Origin: Octopus sinensis
Taxonomy: Eukaryota
Direction: 5' to 3'
Assembly: GCF_006345805.1 (NCBI RefSeq)
Contig: NC_043007.1
Location: 72,416,001 to 72,480,000 of the forward strand
Length of the DNA stretch: 64,000 bases
Below, piece after piece: positions 26,230-40,334 of the stretch; the stretch's first letter is position 1; each line of letters starts with the position of its first letter. The position numbers and the translations under genes are program-made. Under the pieces are notes generated by a model that did no database searches, was not told the DNA's origin, and was given only the letters and a program-made list of their open reading frames with translations.

Positions 26230-27620
26230 GTTGGTTAATGTGTCATCTGATAGGGTATCCACGATGATTCTGAGCCATATTAGAGAGTAGTAAGAATGGC
26301 AACTTTATAGACCTGTACTTTGGTGTCAAGTTTGATACCCCTTTCATTCCATATGTGATGACGGAGTTTACCAAATGCGTTCGTTGCCTTTGCAAGATGG
26401 TTGATGATTTCATCATCAAGGGAAGCGCTCGAATTCACTTTATTACCAGGATATGTAAATGACTTCACATAATTTAAGCTTTCACTATCAACCTGTATAG
26501 GAGTGTCATGAAAATTGTGAACCGTTAGCCTCTGCTTGACACCTCGAATTTGTTTAAGAGTAGGGCAAGGTTAGCGAATCACTTCCATCTTCTTTATGCT
26601 GATGTTCAAACCAAAAGCTTTACATGCATCAGAAAACCGGTCTTGAAGTTCCTGAGCTTCCTCTAAAGAGGTCGCTATTAGTGCAGCATCATCTGCAAAA
26701 GGTAGATCACGAATGATACTGGTAAGTAGCAGTGTTCTGGCTTTAAATCGCTAATGAGTGAATAGTCTACCACCTGTTCGAAAATTGGAATTTGACACCA
26801 CTTTGTATGTCACCAAAAGCATACCTCAGCATCACTGAAAAGAAGAGTACTCAACCTTGCTGTGTGCCATTTGTAGCGCCGAAGATTCCCCAATCGGACA
26901 CGACAACAGCCTTCATTCCCTTATAAAAGATGATAACATTTAACATCTTGCCAGGTATACCAAACTTTCTCAGAACTTTCCTTAGTGCTTGCCGGTTAAT
27001 AGTGTCGAAGGCCTTAGTAAGGTCAACGAATATCAAGAACAACTCGTGATTTTTCTCACGTACCTTCTCCATGACTTGTCGAAGGGAAAAGATCATGTCG
27101 ATAGTGCTACGGCCAGAGTGAAATCTGCACTGTGAATCTGGATAAATAACATTTACGCGTTTCATGATGCTGTAAAGAATGAATCGAGCAAGAATCTTAC
27201 CAGCTATAGGTAGAAGCGATATTTCACAATGATTATCTCAGTTTGTTCTTATAAAGATGTTGAATTGAGGCATTCTTGAAGTCCTGTGATAAACGGCCTG
27301 CCATCCAAATGTTTATGAAGAGGTCATGCAGATTCTTAAAAAGCTTCTGCCCACCAAGCTTGTAGATTTGGAAGTGATGATAGCAAGAATATAGTGCACA
27401 TATATGCCACAATACCAAGAACAACACACCTCAGGCTTTTTCTTCAGAGGTTTCCATCTCCTAGACAAGCCGCTATAATTAAGCTGAAGAGCCTAGTCTA
27501 CCCTATGAGTCAGAGTTTACTGATAGTACATCTCTGTTAAGGAGACCCTCAGCAACCAAAGACCTGGTTTTATATCAGAGTTTTCCTCTCCTGGATGAGA
27601 TGTCTTCACCACGGTTAAGG
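26230..27620 (-). mobile_element. RTE-clade (BovB-like) LINE fragment
   Basis: DSQCRFHSGRSTIDMIFSLRQVMEK, FVDLTKAFDTINR, ASLDDEIINHLAKATNAFGKL. Two 5'UTR-like motifs (tttcc.tctcct.ga...) at about 27445-27620. Confidence 0.85.
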
Positions 27621-27916
27621 AGACCCATCTGCCTCCTTATATATGGAATTAAATACATCAAATTTATATAAACAAAAAACAAAATCAAGAAATAAACCGT
27701 ATATACATATATAATTGGATGACCGTTGACTGCTCATAAGATCCTCCGCCATTTTGACAAGTTTTACTTTTCGTCTCGTAGGATGTCCAACAATCACCTT
27801 CCTTATAAAGCAAGCTTGGTGGGGTTACCAGTCTAGTCGCCGATGACCTGACCATGTAACAGGTTGTACTGGGTTACATGTTACCAGTGACGAACAAGAG
27901 CGGCTAATAGCACTTA

Positions 27917-27982
27917 GTCAGTGTCAGGAAAGTCATAGCAGTTTCGCACGCACGAAACTGCTATGACTTTCCCGACACTGAC
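27917..27982. repeat. 30-bp-stem hairpin, 6-nt loop
   Basis: gtcagtgtcaggaaagtcatagcagtttcg-cacgca-cgaaactgctatgactttcccgacactgac, 29/30 paired. Confidence 0.95.
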
Positions 27983-28096
27983 GAGGAAATCAGCTGTGAA
28001 TGGTCCGTGTATTTTGTTTTGTCCAGTTTCCCATTTGCCACGTTATCGTCTATTTTTCCGTATGTTGCTTGTTGTGCTATTTCTGTCCTACCCTTG

Positions 28097-28143
<47 letters not shown>

Positions 28144-28681
28144 CGCGAAAGAAAGAAAACGAAATTCATGAGACACCGATCGTTTCGACCCATCGTGCAA
28201 CGGTACCTCACCGGCACACTTCAAGGTGTGTACCCGAGTGTAAAATTATTACTTGTGTGTGTGTGTGTGTGGTGTGTGTGTGTGTGTGTGTGTGTGTTAT
28301 ACATCAGAGCATGCTGTTACAGAGAACCAACTGCGTTGCCCGCCAGTTCAAATCGTGACGCAGAATACAAGGAGGTCTGCCGTTATCTTCCTTTGAAAAC
28401 TTTCAGCTTTAATAATTGTTTCAAATTTTTGATACAAGATCAGTAATTTCGAGGCATGGGGTAAGTCGAATACATCGACCCCCATTGCTTAACTGGTACT
28501 TATTTTAACAGCTCGATCCTATTTCACACATTATGGATAGTAACAAAAATAATTCATCATACTAAATCTCAGATGTGCCACACTCAAAATAAACAGCAAC
28601 AATGAAAATAATCAATGAGAACGACCTGATCGTAACAGTAAAACAGCTGAACTATAAGCAAGCTAATATTTTTACAGTCTG

Positions 28682-29275
28682 AGGCGGCGAGCTGGCAGAA
28701 ACGTTAGCACGCCGGGCGAAGTGCGTAGCCGCATTCCGTCTGCCGTTACGTTCTGAATTCAAATTCCGCCGAGGTCGACTTTGCCTTTCATCCTTTCGGG
28801 GTCGATAAATTAAGTACTAGTTACGCACTGGGGTCGATATAATCGACTTAATCCGTTTGTTTGTCCTTGTTTGTCCTCTCTGTGTTTAGCCCCTTGTGGA
28901 TAGTAAAGAAATAGGTATTTCGTCTGTCGTTACGTTCTGAGTTCAAATTCCGCCGAGGTCGACTTTGCCTTTCATCCTTTCGGGGTCGATTAAATAAGTA
29001 CCAGTTACGCACTGGAGTTGATATAATCGTCTTAATCCGTTTGTTTGTCCTTGTTTGCCCCTTCTGTGTATAGCCCCTTGCGGGTAGTAAAGAAATAGGT
29101 TTTTTTCTGTTGTTACGTTCTGAGTGCAAATTCCGCCAAGGTCGACTTTGCCTTTCATCCTTTCGGGGTCGAAAAATTAAGTACTAGTTGTGTACTGAGT
29201 CGATCTAAACGACTAGCTCCCCACCACCCCACAAATTTACGGGCCTTGTGCCTAGAGTAGGAACGAATATTTTTA
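28682..29275 (+). mobile_element. SINE family A trimer (head-A-A-A2)
   Basis: Junctions aaagaaatag|gtatttcg at 28914/28915 and aaagaaatag|gttttttt at 29098/29099. Confidence 0.9.
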
Positions 29276-30169
29276 CGGTCTAAAATTTATGAATTAAAAC
29301 AGTCCAAACCCAGACGCATCTCGAGAAGAAACATCTTGAAAATTAAAGTCTGCTATAATACAACATATGAATGAGAAAAGAAGGGATGATGGCAAACTTG
29401 GTAGTGGGATGATGGAAGTCCTACGGAGTATATGTGTGTGTATATAAAAGAGGGTCGTGTGTGTGCAATGGAAGTGGGATGGTGAACGTTTAACGCTGAA
29501 AAGAAAAATGAAACAGCGTTTCAACTCTATGTGAGTATATGTGTGTATATATGTGTCGGTACAAGGGAAGTATGTGAATGTTTGCATCTGTGATTATTTT
29601 GTACTTTACTGATATATAGAATACTACAATTAGCCGTCATTTTTGACGGCATAGGGTCAGCTAGTAAATAATATTATGCATACTCACAGACAAATATATT
29701 TATAAAATATATGAATAAAGGATTTGTTTTAGTAAAGAATATTGAGGTCGTTTGATCAACGAAAGATTTCCTCGTTGATTATAGTAAAAATGGCAAACAT
29801 TTCTATCGACAACTCCATCGTTAACACAAACCACTTATATATATCAGACGTGACTCTGTGTAACAAGGCTACAGGTGCACTTCATCTGACAGGTATTCTC
29901 AAAATACCCGTTTATCTTAATTCTACATGACATTTCCAGTACAATAATACAGGAGACGATTCTGCATGACAAATAGAAATGTCCTGAAATCACTAACAAC
30001 AAAATTTCTTTGAAACCCTGAACTACTAACCAATAAAGTATGACCCCCCAAACCATGATGGAGGCCTCAGAACTACGCACAAAATCCCGTACTTTTTTAA
30101 AGAGACATCACAAAAGTGGTTCGAACACTAATAGGGTACAACGCACAAAAATACACGCTTTCAGATATA

Positions 30170-30400
30170 TATTTCTTTACTACCCACAAGGGGCTAAACA
30201 TAGAGAGGACAAACAAGGACAGACAAAGGGATTAAGTCGATTACATCGACCCCAGTGCGTAACTGGTACTTAATTTATCGACCCCGAAAGGATGAGAGGC
30301 AAAGTCGACCTCGGCGGAATTTGAACTCAGAACGTAGCGACAGACGAAATACCGCTAAGCATTTCGCCCGGCGCGCTAACGTTTCTCCCAGCTCGCCGCC
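30170..30400 (-). mobile_element. SINE family A, full length
   Basis: 18-bp TSD tacacgctttcagatata (30152-30169, 30401-30418). Confidence 0.93.
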
Positions 30401-30464
30401 TACACGCTTTCAGATATAACCATACGACATGAAATACATTATGATAAATACTCGCGCGTCCGCG

Positions 30465-30509
<45 letters not shown>

Positions 30510-30830
30510 CACACACCATGCAAATATGCATATGTTTATATATATAGATGCAGACATTTACTATTTGGAATGCTAGAGAGAGAGGTAATAATTATGTGTG
30601 TATGTGTGTGTTAGTGTGTGTGTGTTAGTGTGTGTGTGTGTGTGTGCGCGCCCACGCTTGTGTGTGTGGTGCATGCGTGTGTGTGTTTATCAATACAGAA
30701 TTTAAGGAGATTACCACTAAACTTAAACTACAAGCGAGTTGAATACCTAGGCACTCCACTGAGCACCACATATAACGCTTAAGGACCACAAATTAAACTT
30801 CACTATTTATCTTAAATGTATACTGAATTA

Positions 30831-31190
30831 GGAGGTGCAATGGCCCAGTGGTTAGGGCAGCGGACTTGCGGTCGTAGGATCGCGGTTTCGATTCCCAGAC
30901 CGGGAAATTCTACGAGGTTCCGGCAAGAAGTGGTGGGGAACCCAGCTGTACTCTTTTGCCACACCTTTCTTTCACTCTTTCTTCCTGTTTCTGCTGTACC
31001 TGTATTTCAAAGGGCCAGCCTTGTCACATTCTGTGTCATGCTGAATATCCCTGAGAACTACGTTAAATGTATACGTGTCAGTGGAGTGCTCAGCTACTTG
31101 TACATAAATTTCACGAGCAGGCTGTTCCCGTTGATCGGATCAACTGGAACCCTTGTCATCGTAACCGACGAAGTTCCACGATGCTGAATT
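30831..31190 (+). mobile_element. SINE family C
   Basis: ggaggtgcaatggcccagtggttagggcagcgg...; homologous to 3551-3937. Confidence 0.85.
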
Positions 31191-31199
31191 AACCTCACA

Positions 31200-31720
31200 A
31201 AACGCCTGAACCAGAAACAGGTGGCAAGTAAGTAACAGACGCTGATTAGTCTCAAAGTTAATAGTAAAATGTACTTCGATTTTATAATTTCAGCATAGAA
31301 ACAGAATGATTTCATCAGATTCATGATAAACAGCAGTGTAAGTTCACTCACTTTGACAGTACTAAGCCTTGTCCTTTGATCACTAAGACTACTCTTCTGA
31401 AACTCTTGGACTTTACAAATGCTATCAAACTTGTTAGCGAGCCCAACATTAATATAATTATGCAGACAAAGAAATCCCTCCTGTTCTCTGATAACTCCAT
31501 ATGTTTCAAGAAAAATGATGAAATATTTGATATCCTTATAAGTATATATGATAGAGCTTAGTTATACAATTTTATAGAAATTTATATTCTAGATTTCGCA
31601 TAAAAGCTTTCTTACGATTAGTGGAGGCATTTCGAAAGACAACAATCTCAGAGTGGATATGAGTTACAAAAATTTAGAAAGGAGCTAATAAGGTCCGCTA
31701 TCTTTTGAATCAATTCAAAA
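31200..31720 (+). pseudogene. Degraded Penelope-like RT fragment (different clade from 36405)
   Basis: ORF 31376-31561 ITKTTLLKLLDFTN...IIMQTKKSLLFSDNSICFKKNDEIFDILISIYDRA resembles the PLE RT segment ...FDITMGSYDGAE. Confidence 0.45.
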
Positions 31721-31824
31721 GCTGCCTATTTGGGTCTCAGGATTCTCATCTGAACTTGAGGTCTGAACTTTCATCTTACAAACACACACTTAAGTAGCCG
31801 TTAAACCATTATAAACCCCCTTGA

Positions 31825-32220
31825 TCAATAATCTTTTCTACTCTAACCACAAGGCCTGGAATTTTTTTGGTGGGGTTGGGCAGTCGATTCAATCGACCCC
31901 AGTACACAACTGGTACTTAATTTATCGACCCCGAAAGGATGAAATGCAAAGTCGACCTCGGCGGAATTTGAACTCAGAACGGTAGACGAAATACCTATTT
32001 CTTTACTACCCACAAGGGGTTAAATACAGAGAGGATAAACAAGGACAGACAAATGGATTAAGTCGATCATATCGACTCCAGTGCGTAACTGGTACTTATT
32101 TAATCGACCCCGAAAGGATGAAAGGCAAAATGGACCTCGGCGGAATTTGAACTCAGAATGTAAAAACAGACGAAATACCGCTAAGCCCGGCATGCTAACG
32201 TTTCTGCCAGCTCGCCGCCT
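31825..32220 (-). mobile_element. SINE family A dimer (head-A-A2)
   Basis: Junction gacgaaatac|ctatttctttac at 31994/31995. Confidence 0.88.
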
Positions 32221-32539
32221 TCTTCCTTGATCAATAATATCAAAATCCAGTTGATTTTGTTAGGTGCTGCCATTTGTTTATCTCTTTTCATCTCCAATAC
32301 CGAAAAATACGGTAGTATGAAAAAACACACACACACACACACACACACGCGCGCGCGTACAGACACATTCGTGTGTGTATGGATGGATGTATGTATGCAT
32401 GTATTTATGTATGTATGTACATAAATATGCACATATAGGTATATGTATATGTATATATATATGTGTATATATATTGTAAATATAAATTATTATATATATA
32501 TATGTGTGTGTGTGTTGTGTGTGTGTGTGTGTTGGTATG

Positions 32540-32579
<40 letters not shown>

Positions 32580-32755
32580 GGTGTGGTGTTGTGTGTGTGT
32601 GTGTGTATGTATATATATATATTATATATATATATATATAATATATATATATATATATGCATTGAACATACACGTATTGATACATGGCTGCATACATATA
32701 CAGATAAGTACAGTAAACAAAATCTATATAAAGGTATATATATATGTGTTTTGTG

Positions 32756-32790
<35 letters not shown>

Positions 32791-33329
32791 TGTGTGTGGT
32801 GTGTGTGTGTGTGTACCCACGCACATAGATATACGCACATAACATTCCACCGCTTCAAATATAATATTTTTTTTTGTTTTCTTTCTCTAGTTTTTAAATT
32901 TTATATTTGAGCGGAGAAAGAAATATTCATGTGCGTATATTTATATGTGTTGATGCATATATATACATTTGTATATATATTTATGCTTTATTTGTATATG
33001 TCTATAATATATATATATATATATATATAATATATATATATTATATATATATTTGTTTTGCAAGATTCTTGATGGGAAATCGTGTGTTGAAACAGATATT
33101 GTTGTATTTAGGAATGGTCATGTTGCCAGTTTAGCCAATAAAAACACACGCACTATATATTTGGTGTTAATTTGCTCAGCTTTATTTATTTTTTACATTA
33201 ATCTTAATCTTATTTCGGCCAGAGTTCTTTCGTCATACTTCTATGACCTCATCAGTGGTCCTTTGCTTTCTTCTTTCTTATTTGTGTGTCTCTCTATACT
33301 AACGATCAGCCATTTTGTCAAAATGAAGT

Positions 33330-33950
33330 TTCAGCAGAACACAGTCTCTCAGTGTTCTCAGTTAATGTTTTGCCGAGTCGTCTCATGTAGGAATACAGAC
33401 CCTGTTGCAGACCTTGCAGTATTGGTCACCGTCATCAGGGAGTACATTGAACCAGGCTCTATGCTGGGCTCTTTTCTCTCTCAGGTTGTTAATTCTGGCT
33501 GCCTGAAAGTGGGAAATGGCTTGGTTGCACTGGCGTTTATACAGGGCTCTATTTAGTGCTACCAATTTCCATGTCTTCAGATTTATCTTGTAGGTTTTCA
33601 AGCAAGTCTTTAGAGTGTTCTTTTAATGAAACAACGGGTAGCCTTGGTAGTGGCACTGAAGCTAAGCTGACCGTAGAAGCTGGCTTTAGGAAAGCAAGTG
33701 TCTTCTATGCGTGCCACGTGGCCTAATCACCTCAACTGTAATCAAAGCGCAATCGTCTGCATAAGAAAACCCCCTTTGCTTAGAGTGTCACATCTTGCAA
33801 GAATATCTGTGTCGAGGGCTTTCTCTTGCCACTTTATGTAATAAACCGATAGAAGACAGCAAAGGTGGAATGAATCTTACCATTTCATATGGCGCCTGTA
33901 GAATGTCCATTTTTCACAGCCATATCAGAGAGAGGTCAGAGATACTTCCT
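33330..33950 (-). mobile_element. RTE-clade LINE fragments
   Basis: Minus-strand RT-like FLMQTI/YADDCAL remnant near 33740-33790, and C-terminal WKLVALNRALYKRQ...LREKRAQ...YCKVCNRVC. Confidence 0.55.
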
Positions 33951-34594
33951 GATACACTAAACTATATATATAACGGAAACTAAAAGAAGCCCGTCATATA
34001 TATATATATATAAGTGTGTGTGTGTGTATGCATGTATGTATATATATATGTATGTATGTATGTATACATGTGTTTGTGTTTGTTTGCTCCCCATCGCTTG
34101 ACACCAAAGTTGGTATGTTTACGTTTCCGTAACTTAGAATAAAGGCTGTGCTCCAGCATGGCCGCAGTCAAATGACTGAAACAGGTAAAAAAACTAAGAG
34201 TGAATATTTTTTTTGTTTCCCTTTTGGATTAAAATTATATATATATATATATATGAACTTCTTATCACACAGTCATATCTTCGTTTCTATGCCTAAAAAG
34301 CATCGCTATTTTTCAACGAAACTTTTCCAAAATCTGAAGACAAATCCAAAATTGGTGCAGAATAATACATGTCGAGACAATCATCAGCTAAAGGCTCCTG
34401 GCATAATAATGAAATTATTGTATACAGTGCTCAGGTGCACCATAAGACGGGGAACATCGAAAAACAGATAGTTGTAATGGGGTGTTAGTGGATAGTGAAA
34501 GGTATAAAAGCCTTGTCAGTTTATGAAATCAAATTCGAATTTTTAACTCCATCTCTCTCACTCTTCTCTCTCTCTCTCGCTTACACACACATAC

Positions 34595-34625
<31 letters not shown>

Positions 34626-34703
34626 CATACATACATACATACATACATACATTACATATATAATTAATATAATATATATATATATATATAATATATATAT
34701 TAT

Positions 34704-34734
<31 letters not shown>

Positions 34735-34871
34735 AAGCAAATATGTACTAACATACAAGACCAAAAAGGGTACGGGCGTCGCTATATGTATATGTAAAAA
34801 GATACAAACTGGGACAAGAACGCAAAACATTTAGAAGACGATACAAAAAAACACGGACGGGACATTCGAAG

Positions 34872-35260
34872 TAGCTTGTTTACCAACCACATGGTTCCGG
34901 GTTCAGTCCCACTGCGTGGCATCTTGGACAAGTGTCTTCTACTATAGCCTTGGGCCGACCAAAGCCTTGTGAGTGGATTTGGTAGTCGGAAACTGAAAGA
35001 AGCCCGTCGTATATATGTATATATATATATATGCGTGTGTGTGTTTGTGTGTCTGTGTTTGTCCCCCTAGCATTGCTTGACAACCGATGCTGGTGTGTTT
35101 ATGTCCTCGTTACTTAGTGGTTCGGCAAAAGAGACCGATAGAATAAGTACTGGGCTTACAAAAGAATAAGTCCCGGGGTCGAGTTGCTCGATTAAAGGCG
35201 GTGCTCCAGCATGACCGCAGTCAAATGACTGAACACAGTAAAAGAGTAAAGAGTAAAGGA
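34872..35260 (+). mobile_element. SINE family B (5' slightly truncated)
   Basis: tagcttgtttaccaaccacatggttccggg ... gactgaacacagtaaaagagtaa. Confidence 0.88.
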
Positions 35261-35265
35261 GTAAA

Positions 35266-35343
<78 letters not shown>

Positions 35344-35617
35344 CTATTGTTACAATTCTCCATTTCAAAATCTAATCCTCAAAGATTTAATACGGATTTC
35401 AATTTCCGAGGAAGGTAGAAAGTAATTGATTCTATAAATTTAAATTTGTATGCTTTATCAAATACTCAGTCATTGGGCTCACAGTCTAAGTGTTAATTTT
35501 TTAGGATTGAAATTATGTATGTGTAAGAGTGTGTGTGTGTGTGTGTGTGTGTGTTGGTGGTGGTGTGTGTGCACATATATAAATATACGTATGTATATAA
35601 ATATACATACCAGCAGA

Positions 35618-35880
35618 AGCACGTGGCTTAGTCATTAGAGTGTTGGATTCCTGGTCGTAAGATTGTGGTTTCGATTCTTTCAGCGGGTGGCGTGTTGTGT
35701 TCTTGAGCAATACACTTCATTCCACGTTGCTCTAGTCTGCTCAGCTGGCACAAGTGAGTAATCTTGCAACAGACTGGCGCCTCGTCCTGGCGCCTCGTCC
35801 TGACGCCTCGTCCTGGCGCCTCGTCCTGGCGCCTCGTCCTGGCGCCACGGAAATCGGGAAAACCGGCCCTTTGAGTTAAT
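35618..35880 (+). mobile_element. tRNA-derived SINE with internal 13-bp tandem expansion
   Basis: Head gcacgtggcttagtc...gtttcgattc. (tggcgcctcgtcc) x5 at about 35774-35845. Related to 59633-59885. Confidence 0.7.
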
Positions 35881-36099
35881 ATGACTTCATTTTTTTTTTA
35901 CATACATATATATATTAAATATATGTGCGTGCTGTGTGTGTACGTCTGTATCTATATATATGTATATACATACGCATATACATTACTTATATATCCTTGC
36001 ATGCATATACGCAAACATACAAGCAGGTGTACGAGATACATATACACATATATTTAACAGAGATAGACATAGACAGACAAATGGATGGACTGATGGATT

Positions 36100-36404
<305 letters not shown>

Positions 36405-36552
36405 TTTTTCATACGATTATTATTTTTTTGTTTTTTTGAACGTTTGTTTTTTCCCCTTTTTTCGCTATCCTTTTTTTCTATTTTTTTCATACGATAATTT
36501 TTGTTTTTTGTTTTTTTTGTTTTTTCGAACGTTTTTTTTCCGCTATCCCATC

Positions 36553-39474
36553 ATGCCGGATCCTAGGTCCTACCTCCTCACCCTCCATCACCGTTTGAAG
36601 GATCATCTACGTTCGCTTCCTGTATATTGCCTTCAGCCGTCCGTTAATCTCTCTCTACTTCTTTTTAAAAAAACCCGCTTCTCTAGCCATGTCTCTTTCC
36701 TAAGCCGCTGCCTACATCACCGACTCATCCCTAAAGGTTTCCGCCTCCACTTCCACCTGCTCTCCATTCGGATTCTTCCATCTTACCCATACTCCGCACC
36801 ACATCTTACCACCTTATGCGGGCCACCATTCGCTCCAATCTCTCCAAACTACATGCCATCACCGCCTTCTTCCTCCTGCTTTCTCCACCTCTTCTCCTCT
36901 CTGCCGCCTCTCTATGCTCCAAACACGCTACGCTTCATTATCCATTTGAATCAACTCTTCCATCAATTCTTTCTGATACCAAACTTCGTAAACTCCAATC
37001 ACTCTTCCATTCCACCCTACCCGACGCCACTACCCCAACTCCTCCACCACCCTTCTCCCCTCCCGATAGGCTCCATCCACCCACACCTAACCCCACCCCA
37101 CTGCCCCTCCCTACAACCCCTTCCTCTCCCTCCCGTTAGGCTCCATCCACCTACACCTAACCTACTGCCCCGCCCAACCCACCCACCCCCACACCCTCTC
37201 CAATCCCTCCCCCTCAGACCTCCACGAGACCTACCACCCCCCTACTTCTATTCCATCCACCCCTTCTCCACTTCCGTCTGTTGTTACCATTCCCCCCGAT
37301 CTTCCCCTCTCTGCGGCTGAACGCTCCGTCCTTGGTAGGGGTCTGCGTTTCATCCCCCACACTCCATCCTGTAAGGAATTCCAGACGCGAGTTGATGTCC
37401 ACAGCTTTGTGCGCCGTGTCCGGTTGGGTGCGCATTACCACGACTCGCCACCCACACCCAACGAAGGGATGACTGCTTCACTGGCCTGGGCCGCCGACCA
37501 TCCCCGTGGACGCCTGCCCCTGGCCAGATCCTAGCAGTGGATCTTTTCGCGGGCGCTTGTCAGCGTGCATTGGAGCGGTTCAACTTCTCCAGGCGCCAAC
37601 GCCGCCTCAACATCTCCCCGGCTGAGCTCTTGGCTCTTCGTTCCCTCCAACGGCGCGCTGACATTATCATCAAACCGGCTGACAAGGTTGGAGCTGTAGT
37701 GGTGTGGCGCGCGGACCTCTATAGGGCCGAGGCTTTCCGCCAACTCAATGACACCTCCTTCTATTCCCCTCTGCCCTCTAACCCCACACGTAGCTACCAA
37801 CAGACGGTATCCTCTACTGTCCAAGACCTCATCTCGTCCTCCCGTCTCCCCCGCACCGCATCCAACCTAATTGTGCGAACCCCACGTACCCCCACCATTT
37901 ACTTCCTCCCCAAAATCCACAAACCCAACAACCCTGGCCGCCCCATCGTCTCCGCCTGTAACTGCCCCACGGAGCTCATCTCTAAATACCTCGACCGTGT
38001 CCTTGCCCCCCCTAGTGGCATCTCTTCCCTCCCACATCCACGATACCAACCATGCTCTCCGGCTTTTCAACTCTTTCTCCTTCCTCCCGGCTCCTCCAAA
38101 ATCCTTTTTACTATGGACATCCAAAGCCTCTATACTGTTATCCCTCACCACGAAGGACTGCAGGCCCTTCGACACTTTCTTGACCTCCCGCTCTAACCCT
38201 GTACCTGACACCTCCACACTCATTCGTCTGGCCGAACTTGTCCTTACTCTGAACCTGCTTCTCGTTCGCGGGCGAGTTCTACCATCAGGTCTCGGGAGTG
38301 GCCATGGGAACGCGAATGGGCCCCAACTATGCGAACCTGTTCGTTGGCTATGTTGAGGCCCAATATTCTCTAATTTCACTGGTCCCACTCCTGAACTATA
38401 TGGTCGTTATATTGACGACATTATCGGTGCCACCTCACTCTCCCGCGAACATCTAGATTCCTTCTCTCTTTTCGTCCAATCTTTCCATCCAGCCCTCCAC
38501 TTCACTTCTACTATCTCCAACACCTCTGTCTCCTTCCTCGACATTTCGGTTAGCATTCTTCACTCCACTCTTACCACCTCCATTCACTACAAACACACAG
38601 ACTCACACTCATACCTCAACTTCTCTTCCTCCCACCCAGAACACACCAAGCTTTCCATCCTCTATTCCCAATTCCTCCGTCTACGTAGGCTCTGTAGTGA
38701 CGACCATGACTTTGAGACTCAGTCTCAACGTATGGCTCACCACTTCACCCTACGTGGATACCCCCTCACCACTATCCACACCGCCCTTGCCAGAGCACGG
38801 TCCGTGGACCGTGTTATCTGCTCTCTCTCCCCGAACCCGCCCTGTAGTCTCCCGCCTCCCTTTTCCCCTCACTTACCACCCCACGACCCTACGTCTCCAA
38901 CGCACCATTCTTCGAGCTTTCCGTCATCTCCAGTCCGACCCGTCCACTTCACACCTCTTCCCTAACCGACCCCTCCCCTCTTTCAAACGAGCCCACAACC
39001 TTCGAGACCTTTTTGTCCATAGCTCCTTCCCTGACCCTACCTCCCAACCCGGCTCGTTCCCCTGCTCCCGCCCACGTTGCCGCACTTGCCCTTACCTCTC
39101 CAACACCACCCGCCTCACTAGCACCCACCATCGACCCTATCCCATCATCCACTCCTTCACCTGCACCTCCAGCAATATTATCTATTGCATCTCTTGCTCT
39201 CTCTCTCTGCAATTCCTTGTACATCGGACAAACGGGACGCCGCTTGGCTGACCGGTTCGCGGAACACCTTCGTGACATCCACCTTGCGAACGACACACCC
39301 GGTCTCACGCCATTCCGCTCCACCGGTCACTCCTTGCAACACCTATCTGTGTTCGGTTTGTCCTTACACAGAGGCCATCCGGATTCCCGTTTGCGCCGTG
39401 AACAGGAATTAATCTTCTCTCTTCGCTCTTATACGCCATTTGGTCTCAACTCTCCCCCCCCCCTCCTCATCTAA
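36553..39474 (+). pseudogene. Penelope-like polyprotein (N-terminal domain, reverse transcriptase, GIY-YIG endonuclease) with several frameshifts
   Basis: MPDPRSY...KTRFSSHVSFLSRCLHHRLIPKGF; IIIKPADK; YFLPKIHKPNNPGRPIVS; LFTMDIQSLYTVIPH; AMGTRMGPNYANLF; YGRYIDDIIG (about 38398); HSFTCTSSNIIYCISC; LYIGQTGRRLADRFAEH; RREQELIF; stop 39472-39474. Confidence 0.92.
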
Positions 39475-40062
39475 CCTCACCCCCTCCTCACCTATCCTTT
39501 CTCCCACCGACCCCTACTTCTTCAGTCCTTCATCCTTTCACCCCCTACTCCCCTTCCCTTCTTCCCTCTTTCTCCCTCCCTCTTCCCCTTCCCTCTGCTC
39601 CCTCACTCCCTCTCTCCCCTTCTCTCTCCCCCCTCCCTCTTTCCTCCTTCATCCTCATCCCCCTCATCCCCTTCCTTCTCCTCCCCACCATCTCCTCTCC
39701 CCCTCTCCCCTCCCTCTTCTTCCCCTCCCCTCTCTCTCTCCCCCTATTCTCTCTCCCCCTCCCCCTCCCCTCTTCTCCTCACTACACCACATCACTTTAC
39801 ACATCACATCACATATGTGCCATACTAATACACACACCAACTAATACATACTAATACGTACTAATACATACTAGTACATACTAATACTTACACACAACCC
39901 TATACATACACACGTCCAGACCCCCAATACGCACTTATACTCTCTCAACACACACACACACACACCTATACATACCAATACGTACTAATACATACTAATA
40001 CATACTAATACATACACCAATCCCATACATACGCACGTCCAGACCAATCTTACGCACTAATA

Positions 40063-40097
<35 letters not shown>

Positions 40098-40334
40098 TTA
40101 TACATACTAATACATACACCAACCCTATACATACACACATCCAGACCCCTCCCACGCACTTTTAGCTGGTCCCTCAACCCTTTTATCAACCCTATTATCT
40201 CCCCTTATTTCGCTCTCGCGTCTCATGTTTGATCTTTGACCTCTGGCCGAAATCAGATCGCCATGTTGATTCGTTAGCTACTGCACGCATTTTTTTCTCT
40301 CCTTCTTTCTGTGTTTTCTTCTCTCTGTATCTTT

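Noticed and set aside
28150-28225. Hammerhead-like string on the minus strand (CCGGTGA...GAAACGATCGGTGTC)
   Set aside because: Two core substitutions, irregular stem II and no credible stem I. At best a decayed relic.
28682-29275. Regularly spaced repeats resembling a CRISPR array
   Set aside because: Units are whole SINE bodies of about 180 bp with no unique spacers, and no cas genes are present in this eukaryotic context.
34790-34870. Possible further Penelope-type terminal repeat cut by SINE B at cattcgaag
   Set aside because: Too little sequence remains and there is no second copy in the window.
36436-37320. 294-aa proline/histidine-rich ORF as a host protein
   Set aside because: It is the Penelope N-terminus running out of frame through the C-rich strand.
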